Shown piece after piece: positions 49,453 through 58,776 of a DNA stretch of 64,000 nt. The number at the start of each line of letters is the position of its first letter. Within the stretch, counting starts at the first letter, position 1. The notes beneath the pieces were generated by a model. It ran no database searches and was not told the origin of the DNA. It was given only the letters and a program-made list of their open reading frames with translations. Location of the stretch: positions 1-64,000 of the forward strand of contig DAHWNL010000006.1 in NCBI GenBank assembly GCA_027339965.1, read 5' to 3'. The DNA is from Granulicella sp. (lineage in GTDB: Bacteria > Acidobacteriota > Terriglobia > Terriglobales > Acidobacteriaceae). A program made the translations under genes and the position numbers.

Positions 49453-52352
49453 CAGGCCTCCTTCCCAGCGGCGGGAGGAAAGCCCGTCGCCTCAAGAGCC
49501 TCGGCACAGCGCGCGCACACGGTCGGCCAGCGAGGGTCCGTTCCCACATCCACCACCACGCGCCAGCAACGTTCGCACTTGACGCCATCGGCCACTTTGG
49601 CTTCGATCCGCACAGCCGCATGGCTCTGGCCTGCACCCACAAGCTGGACGGTAGCTTGAGATACGTTGAAGTACTCGGCAAGCGCCTGTTCATACCGCTC
49701 TAGCGCCTGCGCCTCCCTGGATCCTTCCTTGGCGATCACCCGCACGCTCGCCTCCAGGCTCTTTCCAATGGACTTGCTCAGGCGGAGCGCCTCTAACTCA
49801 ATCATCACGAGCTGGCGGATTCGAGCCAATTGCTCCCAGTCCGCCTCCAGAGCAGCGATATTGCCCGGTATGACCTCGGACATCTCCGGGAACAGAGCCA
49901 GATGCACGCTCATGGCTCTGCCCTCCACTTTGGGCAGGTGCTGCCAGACTTCATCGGCGGTAAAGGACAGGATCGGAGCGATTAATCTGGCCAACACCTC
50001 GGCGATTCGCCAGATCGCCGTCTGCGCGCTCCGGCGCGCCGGATGCCGCGGCGCGAAGGTGTAGAGTCGGTCCTTGACCACATCTAGATAGAGCGCACTC
50101 AGGTCAGAGTTGGCAAACTCGTTCAGCGCCTGATAGGCGCGATGGAACTCGAACTCTTCATAGGCTCTGCGGATGACCGCATCCAGCTCCGCCGTGCGCG
50201 CCAGAATGTAGCGGTCCAGCGGCTGCATCTCCAACCAGCCAACCGCGTGGCCGGCCGGATCAAAGTCGGCAAGATTGCTGAGCAGAAAGCGAAAGGTATT
50301 GCGCAGCTTGCGATAGTTCTCGCTCACCCGCTGCATCAGATTCTCGCTGGCCGCCACATCCTCGCGGAAGTCCACGCTGGCGACCCAGAGGCGAATGATC
50401 TCGCCGCCCAGGCGATTGGCCACATCCACCGGATCAACGCCGTTTCCCAGCGATTTGGAAAAGGCGCGTCCCTGCTCGTCCAACGTCCATCCGCTGGTCG
50501 CGACCATCTTGTAGGGAGCCGCGTCGCGGATCCCTACGGAACACAGCAGCGAGGAATGAAACCATCCCCGATGCTGGTCTCCCCCTTCCGTATAGAGATC
50601 GGCCGGCCAGCGCAGCTCCGGCTCCACGTCCAGCACGGCGTGCCAACTGGCGCCGCTCTCAAACCACACGTCCAGGATGTCCATCTCCTTGCGAAACTGC
50701 ATCACCGCACCGCAGGCAGGACAGTCCGTTCCGGCCGGCAGCAGTTCCAGGGCTTCATACTTGTACCAGGCATCGGCGCCCTCGCGGGAGAACAGCTCCA
50801 CCAGGCTTCGGTTGATTGCCTGCTGGTTCAGGGGCTCATGACACTTCTCGCAGAGAAAGACCGCGATCGGAACACCCCAGATTCGCTGCCGGGAGATACA
50901 CCAGTCCGGCCGAGTCGCGATCATGTTGGAGATGCGTTCCTCCCCCCAGGCCGGATCCCAACTCACACGCTTAATCTCCTCCAGCGCACGCTGACGGAAG
51001 CTCTGCTGGCCTTCGCCTGCCTTCAAGGAAAGCACTGGCGTCTCCATGGCAATAAACCACTGCTCGGTTGCGCGAAAGATCAGCGGCTTGTGGCAGCGCC
51101 AGCAGTGCGGATATTTGTGCTCCAAGTGGCGCCGTCCCAACAGCGCGCCCCTGGTCACCAGCAGATCCTCGATGGCGGCGTTGGCCTTGAAGACGAACAT
51201 ACCGTCATATTCCGGCAGTCCGTTACGCAACTTACCCTGCGCATCCACATTGCAGGCCAGCGGAAGTTCGTAGCGGAGTCCAGTGGCGAAGTCGTCCGGT
51301 CCATGGGCCGGAGCGGTGTGCACCGCACCCGTGCCCTGATCCGTCGTCACATAATCGGCGTTGACACCCAGAATCTCTCGGTCAAGAAACGGGTGAGCGA
51401 AGGTCGTCCGCTCCATTCTGGATCCCGGGAAGGCTGCGATCGCAACCGCGCCGGCCAGATCTCCCTGCAGATCGCAGGCCGATTGCACCGGCTCGATCAG
51501 AGCCTCCGCGACGATATACACATCGTCTTCTGCCTGGTCTCCCCGGCTCAGGGCCACATAGGCTGTCTCCGGGTGGAAGGCCACTGCCACGGAGGCCGGG
51601 AGCGTCCACGGCGTTGTCGTCCAGATGATGGTCCACACCCTTCTCCGGCCACGCAGACGCGGATGAATCTTCTCCGGCGAACTGTTCAAGCGGTAGCGCA
51701 CATAGACGCTGGGCGAGGTGTGCATGGCGTACTCCACCTCGGCCTCCGCCAAAGCGGTGTGGTCATGGGCGCACCAGTACACCGGCTTCAGCCCCTTGTA
51801 AACAAAGCCTTTTTCGTAGAATCCGTAAAACGTTTCGAGAATCCGCGCCTCGTAAGCGAAGTCCATGGTGGCGTACGGCTGCTCCCAGCGTCCAAACACC
51901 CCCAAACGCTTGAACTGCGCGCGCTGCAAGTCGATGAACTCCGCCGCATACTCGCGGCAGGCCCTGCGCACCTCCAAGGGGTCCATCTGCAGCTTTTTTC
52001 CGCCCAGCTTCTCATCCACCTTGATCTCAATCGGCAACCCATGGCAGTCCCAACCCGGCACATAAGGCGCATCGAACCCGGCCATGGTCTTGGTTTTGAC
52101 CACAAAGTCCTTGATGCACTTGTTCAAGGCATGCCCCAGATGAATCGCCCCGTTGGCATAGGGCGGTCCGTCGTGCAGAATGTACTGCGGAGCCCCCCTG
52201 CGCGCCTTGCGTATCTCCTCGTAGAGGCCCGCTGCCTCCCATGACGCCAGCCGCTTGGGTTCATTCTGGGGCAGATTCGCCTTCATCGAGAAATCTGTCC
52301 TGGGCAGGTTGAGCGTCCCCTTCAGGCCCTTCTTCTTGTCATCTTCCGACAT
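49452..52352 (-). CDS. ileS: Isoleucine--tRNA ligase (type 1)
   Basis: DGPPYANG..HLGH, GWDCHGLPIE, WTTTPWT, DWCISRQR, DQHRGWF, AFSKS and the C-terminal CERC...CARC zinc finger. Confidence 0.98.
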   Translation of the reverse strand: MSEDDKKKGLKGTLNLPRTDFSMKANLPQNEPKRLASWEAAGLYEEIRKARRGAPQYILHDGPPYANGAIHLGHALNKCIKDFVVKTKTMAGFDAPYVPGWDCHGLPIEIKVDEKLGGKKLQMDPLEVRRACREYAAEFIDLQRAQFKRLGVFGRWEQPYATMDFAYEARILETFYGFYEKGFVYKGLKPVYWCAHDHTALAEAEVEYAMHTSPSVYVRYRLNSSPEKIHPRLRGRRRVWTIIWTTTPWTLPASVAVAFHPETAYVALSRGDQAEDDVYIVAEALIEPVQSACDLQGDLAGAVAIAAFPGSRMERTTFAHPFLDREILGVNADYVTTDQGTGAVHTAPAHGPDDFATGLRYELPLACNVDAQGKLRNGLPEYDGMFVFKANAAIEDLLVTRGALLGRRHLEHKYPHCWRCHKPLIFRATEQWFIAMETPVLSLKAGEGQQSFRQRALEEIKRVSWDPAWGEERISNMIATRPDWCISRQRIWGVPIAVFLCEKCHEPLNQQAINRSLVELFSREGADAWYKYEALELLPAGTDCPACGAVMQFRKEMDILDVWFESGASWHAVLDVEPELRWPADLYTEGGDQHRGWFHSSLLCSVGIRDAAPYKMVATSGWTLDEQGRAFSKSLGNGVDPVDVANRLGGEIIRLWVASVDFREDVAASENLMQRVSENYRKLRNTFRFLLSNLADFDPAGHAVGWLEMQPLDRYILARTAELDAVIRRAYEEFEFHRAYQALNEFANSDLSALYLDVVKDRLYTFAPRHPARRSAQTAIWRIAEVLARLIAPILSFTADEVWQHLPKVEGRAMSVHLALFPEMSEVIPGNIAALEADWEQLARIRQLVMIELEALRLSKSIGKSLEASVRVIAKEGSREAQALERYEQALAEYFNVSQATVQLVGAGQSHAAVRIEAKVADGVKCERCWRVVVDVGTDPRWPTVCARCAEALEATGFPPAAGKEA

Positions 52353-52690
52353 CCACATCTCCATTTTGGGGTGCAAACCAAGCCATCACGGCGCTGCGAG
52401 GCGAGCCAGGCAAAGCCCTGCCGTAACCGCCAAATCTCAATTGTAACGTTGAAGATCGCCGGTTTTCGCACCGCTCCGGACCGCTGCCACGCCCTACCCA
52501 CAAAGAAACACTTACTTCTTGGCCCCGACGAGCGTCTATTAAGGTGAGCAAACCCGGGAAGGAGTTTGTAAACTACCTGAGGGGAACCGACGACTCACCT
52601 TCCTGAAATTGAAGGTCGGCGTTTGAACTGCTCTTGCTATTGATGTTTTCGATGATTTGAAAGTTAGGACCGCGCCGATCCCGCAACCCT

Positions 52691-53677
52691 ATGGCTGATA
52701 TTGATACGCTTCCGCCTCCCCCTACGAATCAGGCAGAACCTGGTCACGCTGAGTCGGCCCAGCCGATCCAGCCGGAGTCCGTGCATCTCAGTGGAGAACT
52801 CCAAGAGGACGGGGTCTTCGCCTCTCTGCTCGCAAACATTCGAGATGCCTTCTTCTCCCCCAAGCTCCCCCCCCTGGTGCTGGAGTCCAAGCCAATTGCT
52901 GTGCCAGACCGCATGGCGACCCAGCGTAGCCCTGCCTCGGCAGCCATCGCCGTGGGTATCCACATCCTCGCAATCCTTCTGATCGCGCTGCTGATCGCCT
53001 CCCAGGTGAAGGTGATGAACTCCGAGAAGAACGTCGCCACGGTGAGCGTACCTGCCACCCCGCCGCCGCTTGCGCCCCGGCTGCAAGCCATCGGCGGAGG
53101 CGGAGGCCAGCATGACCTTGCGCCAGTAAGCCGCGGACGCCTGCCGGTGCTGGCGCAAAAGCAGATCGTACCTCCCAAAGCTCCTCCCACCGCAGCGCCC
53201 AAGCTAGCGATCCAGCCTACGGTCGTGGTGCAAAAGAACATCAACCTTGCGAATAACACGCTACCCAACCTCGGCATGCCCAGCTCTCCTCTCAAGGGAA
53301 TCTCTCTCGGGAACGGAACGGGTACCGGAATCGGATCGGGAAGCGGCTCGGGGATCGGTCCCGGCTCGGGCGGAAACATGGGTGGCGGCGTCATGCATAT
53401 CGGGGGAGACATCAGCTCGCCCGCGGTGATCTACGAGGTCGAGCCCGAGTTCTCTGAAGAGGCGCGCAAGGCAAAGCTCTCCGGGAATGTGGTCGTCTAC
53501 CTGTGGGTAGACGCTGACGGGAAGCCCTCCCACGTTCGCGTCGTACGCGGAATCGGCATGGGACTTGACCAGAAGGCTGTGGATGCTGTGCGGCAGTACC
53601 GCTTCAGGCCGGCCATGAAAGACGGCAAACCTGTCGCTGTGGATATGTATATCGAGGTCAACTTCCAGATTCTCTGA
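52691..53677 (+). CDS. Energy transducer TonB family protein
   Basis: TM helix with His, Pro-rich and Gly-rich linkers, TonB_C domain (EPEFSEEARKAK...AVRQYRFRPA). Confidence 0.9.
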   Translation: MADIDTLPPPPTNQAEPGHAESAQPIQPESVHLSGELQEDGVFASLLANIRDAFFSPKLPPLVLESKPIAVPDRMATQRSPASAAIAVGIHILAILLIALLIASQVKVMNSEKNVATVSVPATPPPLAPRLQAIGGGGGQHDLAPVSRGRLPVLAQKQIVPPKAPPTAAPKLAIQPTVVVQKNINLANNTLPNLGMPSSPLKGISLGNGTGTGIGSGSGSGIGPGSGGNMGGGVMHIGGDISSPAVIYEVEPEFSEEARKAKLSGNVVVYLWVDADGKPSHVRVVRGIGMGLDQKAVDAVRQYRFRPAMKDGKPVAVDMYIEVNFQIL

Positions 53678-53972
53678 AGCCGGTCGGGAGGGCTCTGTGC
53701 AGAGACTCCTTGCCAGGCAAAGCCTAGCCGAGAAGAAGAAGCTCCCCGATCCACGCCGGTTGCTCCATGCCGAACCTGAGTCTTCCGCGGTCGGTTCCGC
53801 CCCAGGAAGCGGCGCGATCAACCTTTCTCCAGCTTTCCGTCTGGCTTCTGACTATGGCATTTTTGGTGTTGATGGGTATCCCGAAGCGGGCTGGCAGCGG
53901 CGTCTTCCGTCTTCATGGGTGGAAAACGCCCATCGAAGTCGAAGCGCGCTCTACCCCGACACCGAAAATGCC

Positions 53973-54581
53973 TTAGGGCGCCGTCGCTGAGAGATTTTCC
54001 GTCTCCGCCCAGGACCCGATCTCGTCAAACGCAAGGTTCCGCGCCGAGCTGCCGGTCTGCTCCTTCCAACGCAGGAACATCGCTCCATAGCTCGCCGTAC
54101 TGCACCGCTCCCGACCGACGTGCAGCGCTTCCAGGATCTGCTCAATCCAGGCCGGCGAACCCTCCAACTCGGCCCAAACCCCGATCGGGGTTTCATCCAG
54201 CACCAGATGGCCCTCCTCCAGCTCCCACTCGGTACGGTACTTTTCATAACGGAACACCGGACCATAGTCTAGCTGGAGAAAGATCTCAGCCAAGGCATCC
54301 CCATCCTCGACGACGCTCTCGGTCTCAATCCGCGTCTTGTAGTGGACGTCGCCCGCTTCCCCATCCGCCACGCGCTTGTGGGTCACCGTGCAGCGAGTTC
54401 CATAGTGGCGGATTCGCAGAATCTGCCTGCGGGAGCGCAGTCGGCGATCCACCGTGTCGTAAAGAACATTGCTCTCAAAGGTTCGATCCGTGACGAGCCT
54501 GAATCCCAGCCTCTCCGCCTCCGATCGGAACGCCGCAACATCCTCCACGGAAAACTTGAGTTCGATCTCGGCAGCCTGCAT
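53973..54581 (-). CDS. CYTH domain protein (class IV adenylate cyclase-like)
   Basis: EIELKF (ExExK), LRIR, EKYR and LDETPIGVWAELE motifs. Confidence 0.88.
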   Translation of the reverse strand: MQAAEIELKFSVEDVAAFRSEAERLGFRLVTDRTFESNVLYDTVDRRLRSRRQILRIRHYGTRCTVTHKRVADGEAGDVHYKTRIETESVVEDGDALAEIFLQLDYGPVFRYEKYRTEWELEEGHLVLDETPIGVWAELEGSPAWIEQILEALHVGRERCSTASYGAMFLRWKEQTGSSARNLAFDEIGSWAETENLSATAP

Positions 54582-54679
54582 GGGGCCAGTATACGTCGAG
54601 CTGCAACTCCAAACGGCGCACCGGCCAGCTTGCGGCGCCGGCACCGTCCAGCAACATCCGCCGTAGCCCATGATCTACG

Positions 54680-55765
54680 ATGAGAAAGTCGTCTATGATC
54701 AAGACCCTGCATCTCGACGCCTTTGACCCTGCGGGGCTGAACGAGGCTGCGGCCATCCTGCGCCACGGAGGACTGGTTGCCTTTGCCACCGAGACGGTCT
54801 ACGGACTGGGAGCCAACGCCCTCTCCGAGCCGGCGGTGGCACGCATCTTTGCCGCCAAACAACGGCCAGCCTGGGATCCACTGATCGTGCACCTGGCCTC
54901 TGCCGAACAACTCGCGCAGGTAGCGCAGCCCCCTGCCCGGCTTTCAACGCGGATTCAGGCCCTGATGGACTCCTTCTGGCCTGGGCCCTTGACCCTGCTT
55001 CTGCCACGCCGGCCGGCGATTCCAGACGTCGTGACCGCGGGCCGGGACTTGGTAGGAGTGAGAGTTCCGCAGCATCCCGCCGCCCAAGCCCTGCTGGCTG
55101 CCGCCGGGCTTCCCATCGCCGCGCCCAGCGCCAACCGATTTGGGCACATCAGCCCAACCACAGCCGCACATGTGCTGGCAGACCTCGAAGGCCGGATTGA
55201 CGCCGTGTTGGACGCCGGTCCAACCTCGATCGGGGTCGAATCCACGGTACTCGACCCTACCCAGACTCCCATGCGCGTCTATCGCCCTGGAGCAGTCACC
55301 CCAGAGCAGTTGCGCAACGCGACCGGCATCGCAGTTGAGCGCTTCGTTGCTTCCCCCGGCATCGCTTCCCGGAAACCCTCGGCCCTGCCCTCGCCTGGGG
55401 TGGGGATGCGGCATTATGCTCCGCGAGCCCGGCTAAGACTGGTGGAGGGCTCGGTTCGCGGCCTGTGCGCGGGCTTGAAAGAGGCTCTGGCTCCAAGCGA
55501 AGATCACCCCGGCAGCCACTCCGCGAGGCTGGGCGTACTTCTGCCTGACCCATGGAAGCTGCCTGAAGAGCTCCGCACAAGACCCGATGTGGTCTCGGCG
55601 CCCTGGGGCCGCTGGACTGCCCCGGAGGCGCTTGCCGCGGGCCTGTTCGCCGGCCTCCGGACACTGGATGACCTCGATGTGCGGACCATCCTTTGTCCCT
55701 TGCCACCCCCTGGTGGACTCAGAGATGCGATCCGCGACCGGCTGGAGAAAGCCACCCGACCGTGA
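54680..55765 (+). CDS. sua5: L-threonylcarbamoyladenylate synthase (Sua5 type)
   Basis: TETVYGLGA, KQRP...PLIVH, FWPGPLT, AAPSAN, SPG...HYAP and IRDRLEKA motifs. Confidence 0.95.
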   Translation: MRKSSMIKTLHLDAFDPAGLNEAAAILRHGGLVAFATETVYGLGANALSEPAVARIFAAKQRPAWDPLIVHLASAEQLAQVAQPPARLSTRIQALMDSFWPGPLTLLLPRRPAIPDVVTAGRDLVGVRVPQHPAAQALLAAAGLPIAAPSANRFGHISPTTAAHVLADLEGRIDAVLDAGPTSIGVESTVLDPTQTPMRVYRPGAVTPEQLRNATGIAVERFVASPGIASRKPSALPSPGVGMRHYAPRARLRLVEGSVRGLCAGLKEALAPSEDHPGSHSARLGVLLPDPWKLPEELRTRPDVVSAPWGRWTAPEALAAGLFAGLRTLDDLDVRTILCPLPPPGGLRDAIRDRLEKATRP

Positions 55766-55849
55766 ACGTGGTTGCAATGTTTCTTCGGAGCGGCCTCCAC
55801 AAGCTGCCCGCAGATCCGGCGCACCTGCCCCTTGAGCCGCGTCAGCCGG

Positions 55850-56257
55850 CTACTTCATCACGCTAGGCGCGGTATGGGCCTCGCTGGCCTTGTAAAGATA
55901 CTTGATCGCGGATTTGTACACCAGAACCCGGCTGCGCCCCACACGCAGCTTGAGCGTGCACTTGTCATACCACTGGATGAAGCCCTGAATCTGCTCGCCA
56001 TCTTCAAGGATGATGGTCATCTCCGTCTGTTGCAGCATCTGCTTCTGGAAATAAAATGCTTCCGCGTGCGAGGTGTCTGCAGTCCCATGAACATCCGCGA
56101 TCAGCGCATGCGTGAGAGGATCCTCCGTGTGCATCAACTCACGGCGTTGCTCCCATACGGGAAGCCGTGGACGCACCAGCTTGCGCGTTCCATTGAAAGT
56201 GTTGTCATCGCTACGAAATACGCCTCTGCTTTCCATGAACGCTCTCTTTACCGGCAC
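55850..56257 (-). CDS. Divergent Hfq/Sm-like RNA chaperone
   Basis: EAFYF...MTIILEDGEQIQGFIQWYDKCTL...VLVYKSAIKY matches the Sm1/Sm2 pattern; GAGGAGG before GTG 56257. Confidence 0.75.
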   Translation of the reverse strand: MPVKRAFMESRGVFRSDDNTFNGTRKLVRPRLPVWEQRRELMHTEDPLTHALIADVHGTADTSHAEAFYFQKQMLQQTEMTIILEDGEQIQGFIQWYDKCTLKLRVGRSRVLVYKSAIKYLYKASEAHTAPSVMK

Positions 56258-56531
56258 TACGGAACCTCCTCTGAGCGCGGCAAGAAGGCGCGCCCCAAGA
56301 AGCCACTCCATTCATCCGTCAATGCATCTATTCAGAGTTCAAGAAAGGTGATGACCCGGCCTGACGCCGTACTGCCACTGCCAGGTTTCATCCCATCGCA
56401 ACTATGCTTGTTTTGATGATGAGATGCAGGAAAAGGTTTGTTCGCTGCGCCTCGGCGCGTGGTTTCGCCACTTTGCACCGCACCGCCTGACCTTATACCC
56501 TCTATGGCCCAAAACCTTTTGCGAGAACAAG

Positions 56532-57683
56532 TTAGCGCCGGCCGACCTCCAATTCGACGGCCAGGGCATCCAGACTCAGGGAGCGGAGCAGATTGCGGCG
56601 CATACCTCGCTGCACAGCATCCATCGCCTGCACAGCCTGTTCGATCCAGTCAAAGGCAAAAGTTTCTGTCAGGCGTTGAAGTTCGGCGCGCTTGTCCGTG
56701 TTGCGAACTCGATCCGGCGCCCCGGAGTGCAGCACCAACATGTCCTCCAGAAGACTTGAAAGAGCGCCCAGCAAAGCCATGGTCTTGCTTTGCCCCTCGG
56801 CTCCGGCGCGATAGGCTTCGGTCATGCGGAACAGGCTGGAGTGATCCTCCATGCCTCCGGAGCGTTCCGCCGTGTGCAGGATCGTAAATGCATCGGCGCG
56901 CGCCGCAGCATACTCCGCCAGATCAAAGCTCAAGGCGCGTCCCACCGCCCCCTCGCTGAGCCTCGCGACAAGCTCCCGCTCTGCTGGGTTGAGCTGAGGA
57001 CGCCGCTCGGCCAGCAGAGCCGCAATCTCTGCCGCAGGCAGAGAACCCAGATGCGTCACGCCACACCGGGAACGGATCGTAGGCAACAACTCTCCCAGAT
57101 TCTCCGCCAGCAGCAGGATGTGAACGTAAGGCGGCGGCTCCTCCAGAACCTTCAGCAGGGAGTTGGCAGCCTCCTTCATCAAGGCCGACGAGGTGAGCAC
57201 AAAGACCTTGGCCCGAGCCTCGGTTGGCACATACTGCGCACGCTGAATCAGAGTTCGCACCTGTCCGAGCTTGATCAGCATCTGGGGTGGATCGGGAGGC
57301 AGAACAAGTACGTCCGGATGGGTCTGAACCATCACCCGGGTGTCCTTCTTGTCGGCCTCGCGCATCTCCTCCCGAGCCGCTACAGCCTGCTCAATCTTCG
57401 CCTCCAGATCGGCGCTCTCCGCAATGCGGGTGCAGTTGCGGCAACAACCGCAGAATCCGGCCAGCGGCTGACCGGCATGCCTGCCGGCGGCAGCGATCTC
57501 GCGCGGCTGGGCTTCGCACTCAAGCGCCATCGCAAGCAACAGCGCCATACTGTACTTCCCCGCCCCGCGGGGACCAAGCAGAATCAGCGAATGGGGTAGC
57601 CGACCGGCGGCGATGGCGGCGCGAAGGCTATGCACAGCAGGTTGATTGCCGATAAATCCTGAGAAGTGGGAAGGCAGTGGCAC
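56532..57683 (-). CDS. holB: DNA polymerase III subunit delta'
   Basis: GRLPHSLIL, GPRGAGK, CGCCRNC, HPDV, ANSLLKVLEEPP and LLPTIRSRC motifs. Confidence 0.93.
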   Translation of the reverse strand: MPLPSHFSGFIGNQPAVHSLRAAIAAGRLPHSLILLGPRGAGKYSMALLLAMALECEAQPREIAAAGRHAGQPLAGFCGCCRNCTRIAESADLEAKIEQAVAAREEMREADKKDTRVMVQTHPDVLVLPPDPPQMLIKLGQVRTLIQRAQYVPTEARAKVFVLTSSALMKEAANSLLKVLEEPPPYVHILLLAENLGELLPTIRSRCGVTHLGSLPAAEIAALLAERRPQLNPAERELVARLSEGAVGRALSFDLAEYAAARADAFTILHTAERSGGMEDHSSLFRMTEAYRAGAEGQSKTMALLGALSSLLEDMLVLHSGAPDRVRNTDKRAELQRLTETFAFDWIEQAVQAMDAVQRGMRRNLLRSLSLDALAVELEVGRR

Positions 57684-57762
57684 TCTCTGAGCTTACCGCG
57701 CCGGAAGATTTCAATGGAGGGAAGGCCGCAGGCTGGAGGGATATTGGGCCGCAGATTCTGCG

Positions 57763-57786
57763 CAGCCTGCCCGGCCGGGCAGGCTG
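57763..57786. repeat. Perfect 24-bp palindrome CAGCCTGCCCGGCCGGGCAGGCTG
   Basis: Identical to its own reverse complement; lies in the divergent holB/imuA intergenic region. Confidence 0.95.
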
Positions 57787-57901
57787 GCCGCGCCAGCCAA
57801 CCCTCTGCGGCGATGGCGCGGCGCGCTCCAGATGCAGCCTCGCAGAGGTCCCTCGGTTGAGCCTCTGGCAGATGCCGGAATCTCTGGCAAATGCGGAACC
57901 T

Positions 57902-57950
57902 TTGACAAACCAAGCAATTCGATCGATTCTAAAAGCGAAGAAAAAACGAA
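57902..57950 (+). promoter_or_regulatory. Putative imuA promoter with candidate LexA-type direct repeat
   Basis: TTGACA at 57902-57907, 17-bp spacer, GATTCT at 57925-57930, then CGAA-N7-CGAA at 57936-57950. Confidence 0.55.
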
Positions 57951-57963
57951 AGTGAGATGTACC

Positions 57964-58776
57964 ATGCCCTCTGCCGCCACGCTCCAGATGGAGATCGAAC
58001 GTAGCCTTGCCGCGCGCTTTCCAGCAGCTCTCTCCCCTGCGCCGCAGACTCATCGCGAAGCAGCAGCAACCGGCGTTGCTGCCGTGGATACCCTGTTGCA
58101 AGGGGGATTGCCCGTAGGCGCTGTCAGCGAGTTGATCGGGGCCATGTCCTCAGGACGCACCAGCCTGGCGCTGGCCTTTGTGGCAAGCCGTACCGCCGAG
58201 GGGCGCATCTGTGCCTGGGTGGATGCCGGCGACACCTTCGACCCGGAGTCAGCCGCCGGCAGCGGCGTCAACCTGAGCCAGTTGCTCTGGGTGCGCTGCC
58301 AGGGCATGCAAAGCTCTCCATGTCATACAGACCTGCCGCAGGCTGGGAGACGGAGGGTCCAGCGTCAGCCCTGGGCGCGCCTCGATCAGGCGTTGCGCGC
58401 CGTGGATCTGCTGCTGCACGCCGGCGGCTTTGCGGCCATTGTGCTGGATCTGGGCGACACCGTCTGGGAGCAGGCTAGCCGCATCCCGGCGGCTACCTGG
58501 TGGCGCTTTCGCCAGGCTGCCGGCAGTACCCATTGCTCGCTGGTTGTGCTGGGCCGCGCGGCCTATGCTGCGTCCAGCGCTGCGATCGTGCTGGAGTGTG
58601 CTGCGCGCCAGGCAAAGACCAGCGGCGGGACCATCCTCTCCAGTCTGGAATACAACGTAACCCTCAAAAGGGACCGTTCTGCCCGCATCGCTCCGTGCCC
58701 GTTTCCGGCCCGGAGGGCCACGGCCTCTACCTGGACCGCACAGCCGGGCTGGACGCAGCAAATGAGGCGCGCATGA
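57964..58776 (+). CDS. imuA: ImuA / RecA-like protein of the mutagenesis cassette
   Basis: TGVAAVDTLLQGGLP, GAMSSGRT, CAWVD, FDP and IVLD motifs; first gene before imuB-dnaE2. Confidence 0.85.
   Translation: MPSAATLQMEIERSLAARFPAALSPAPQTHREAAATGVAAVDTLLQGGLPVGAVSELIGAMSSGRTSLALAFVASRTAEGRICAWVDAGDTFDPESAAGSGVNLSQLLWVRCQGMQSSPCHTDLPQAGRRRVQRQPWARLDQALRAVDLLLHAGGFAAIVLDLGDTVWEQASRIPAATWWRFRQAAGSTHCSLVVLGRAAYAASSAAIVLECAARQAKTSGGTILSSLEYNVTLKRDRSARIAPCPFPARRATASTWTAQPGWTQQMRRA

Noticed and set aside
29390..52540. Shared ECF-type CGTCT(A/G) elements upstream of pilT, the second rsbW and tonB as a regulon
   Set aside because: The motif is too short, and no consistent -35 element or spacing could be identified
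20711..54581. CHAD and CYTH genes as a split polyphosphate module
   Set aside because: They are over 30 kb apart with no linkage evidence
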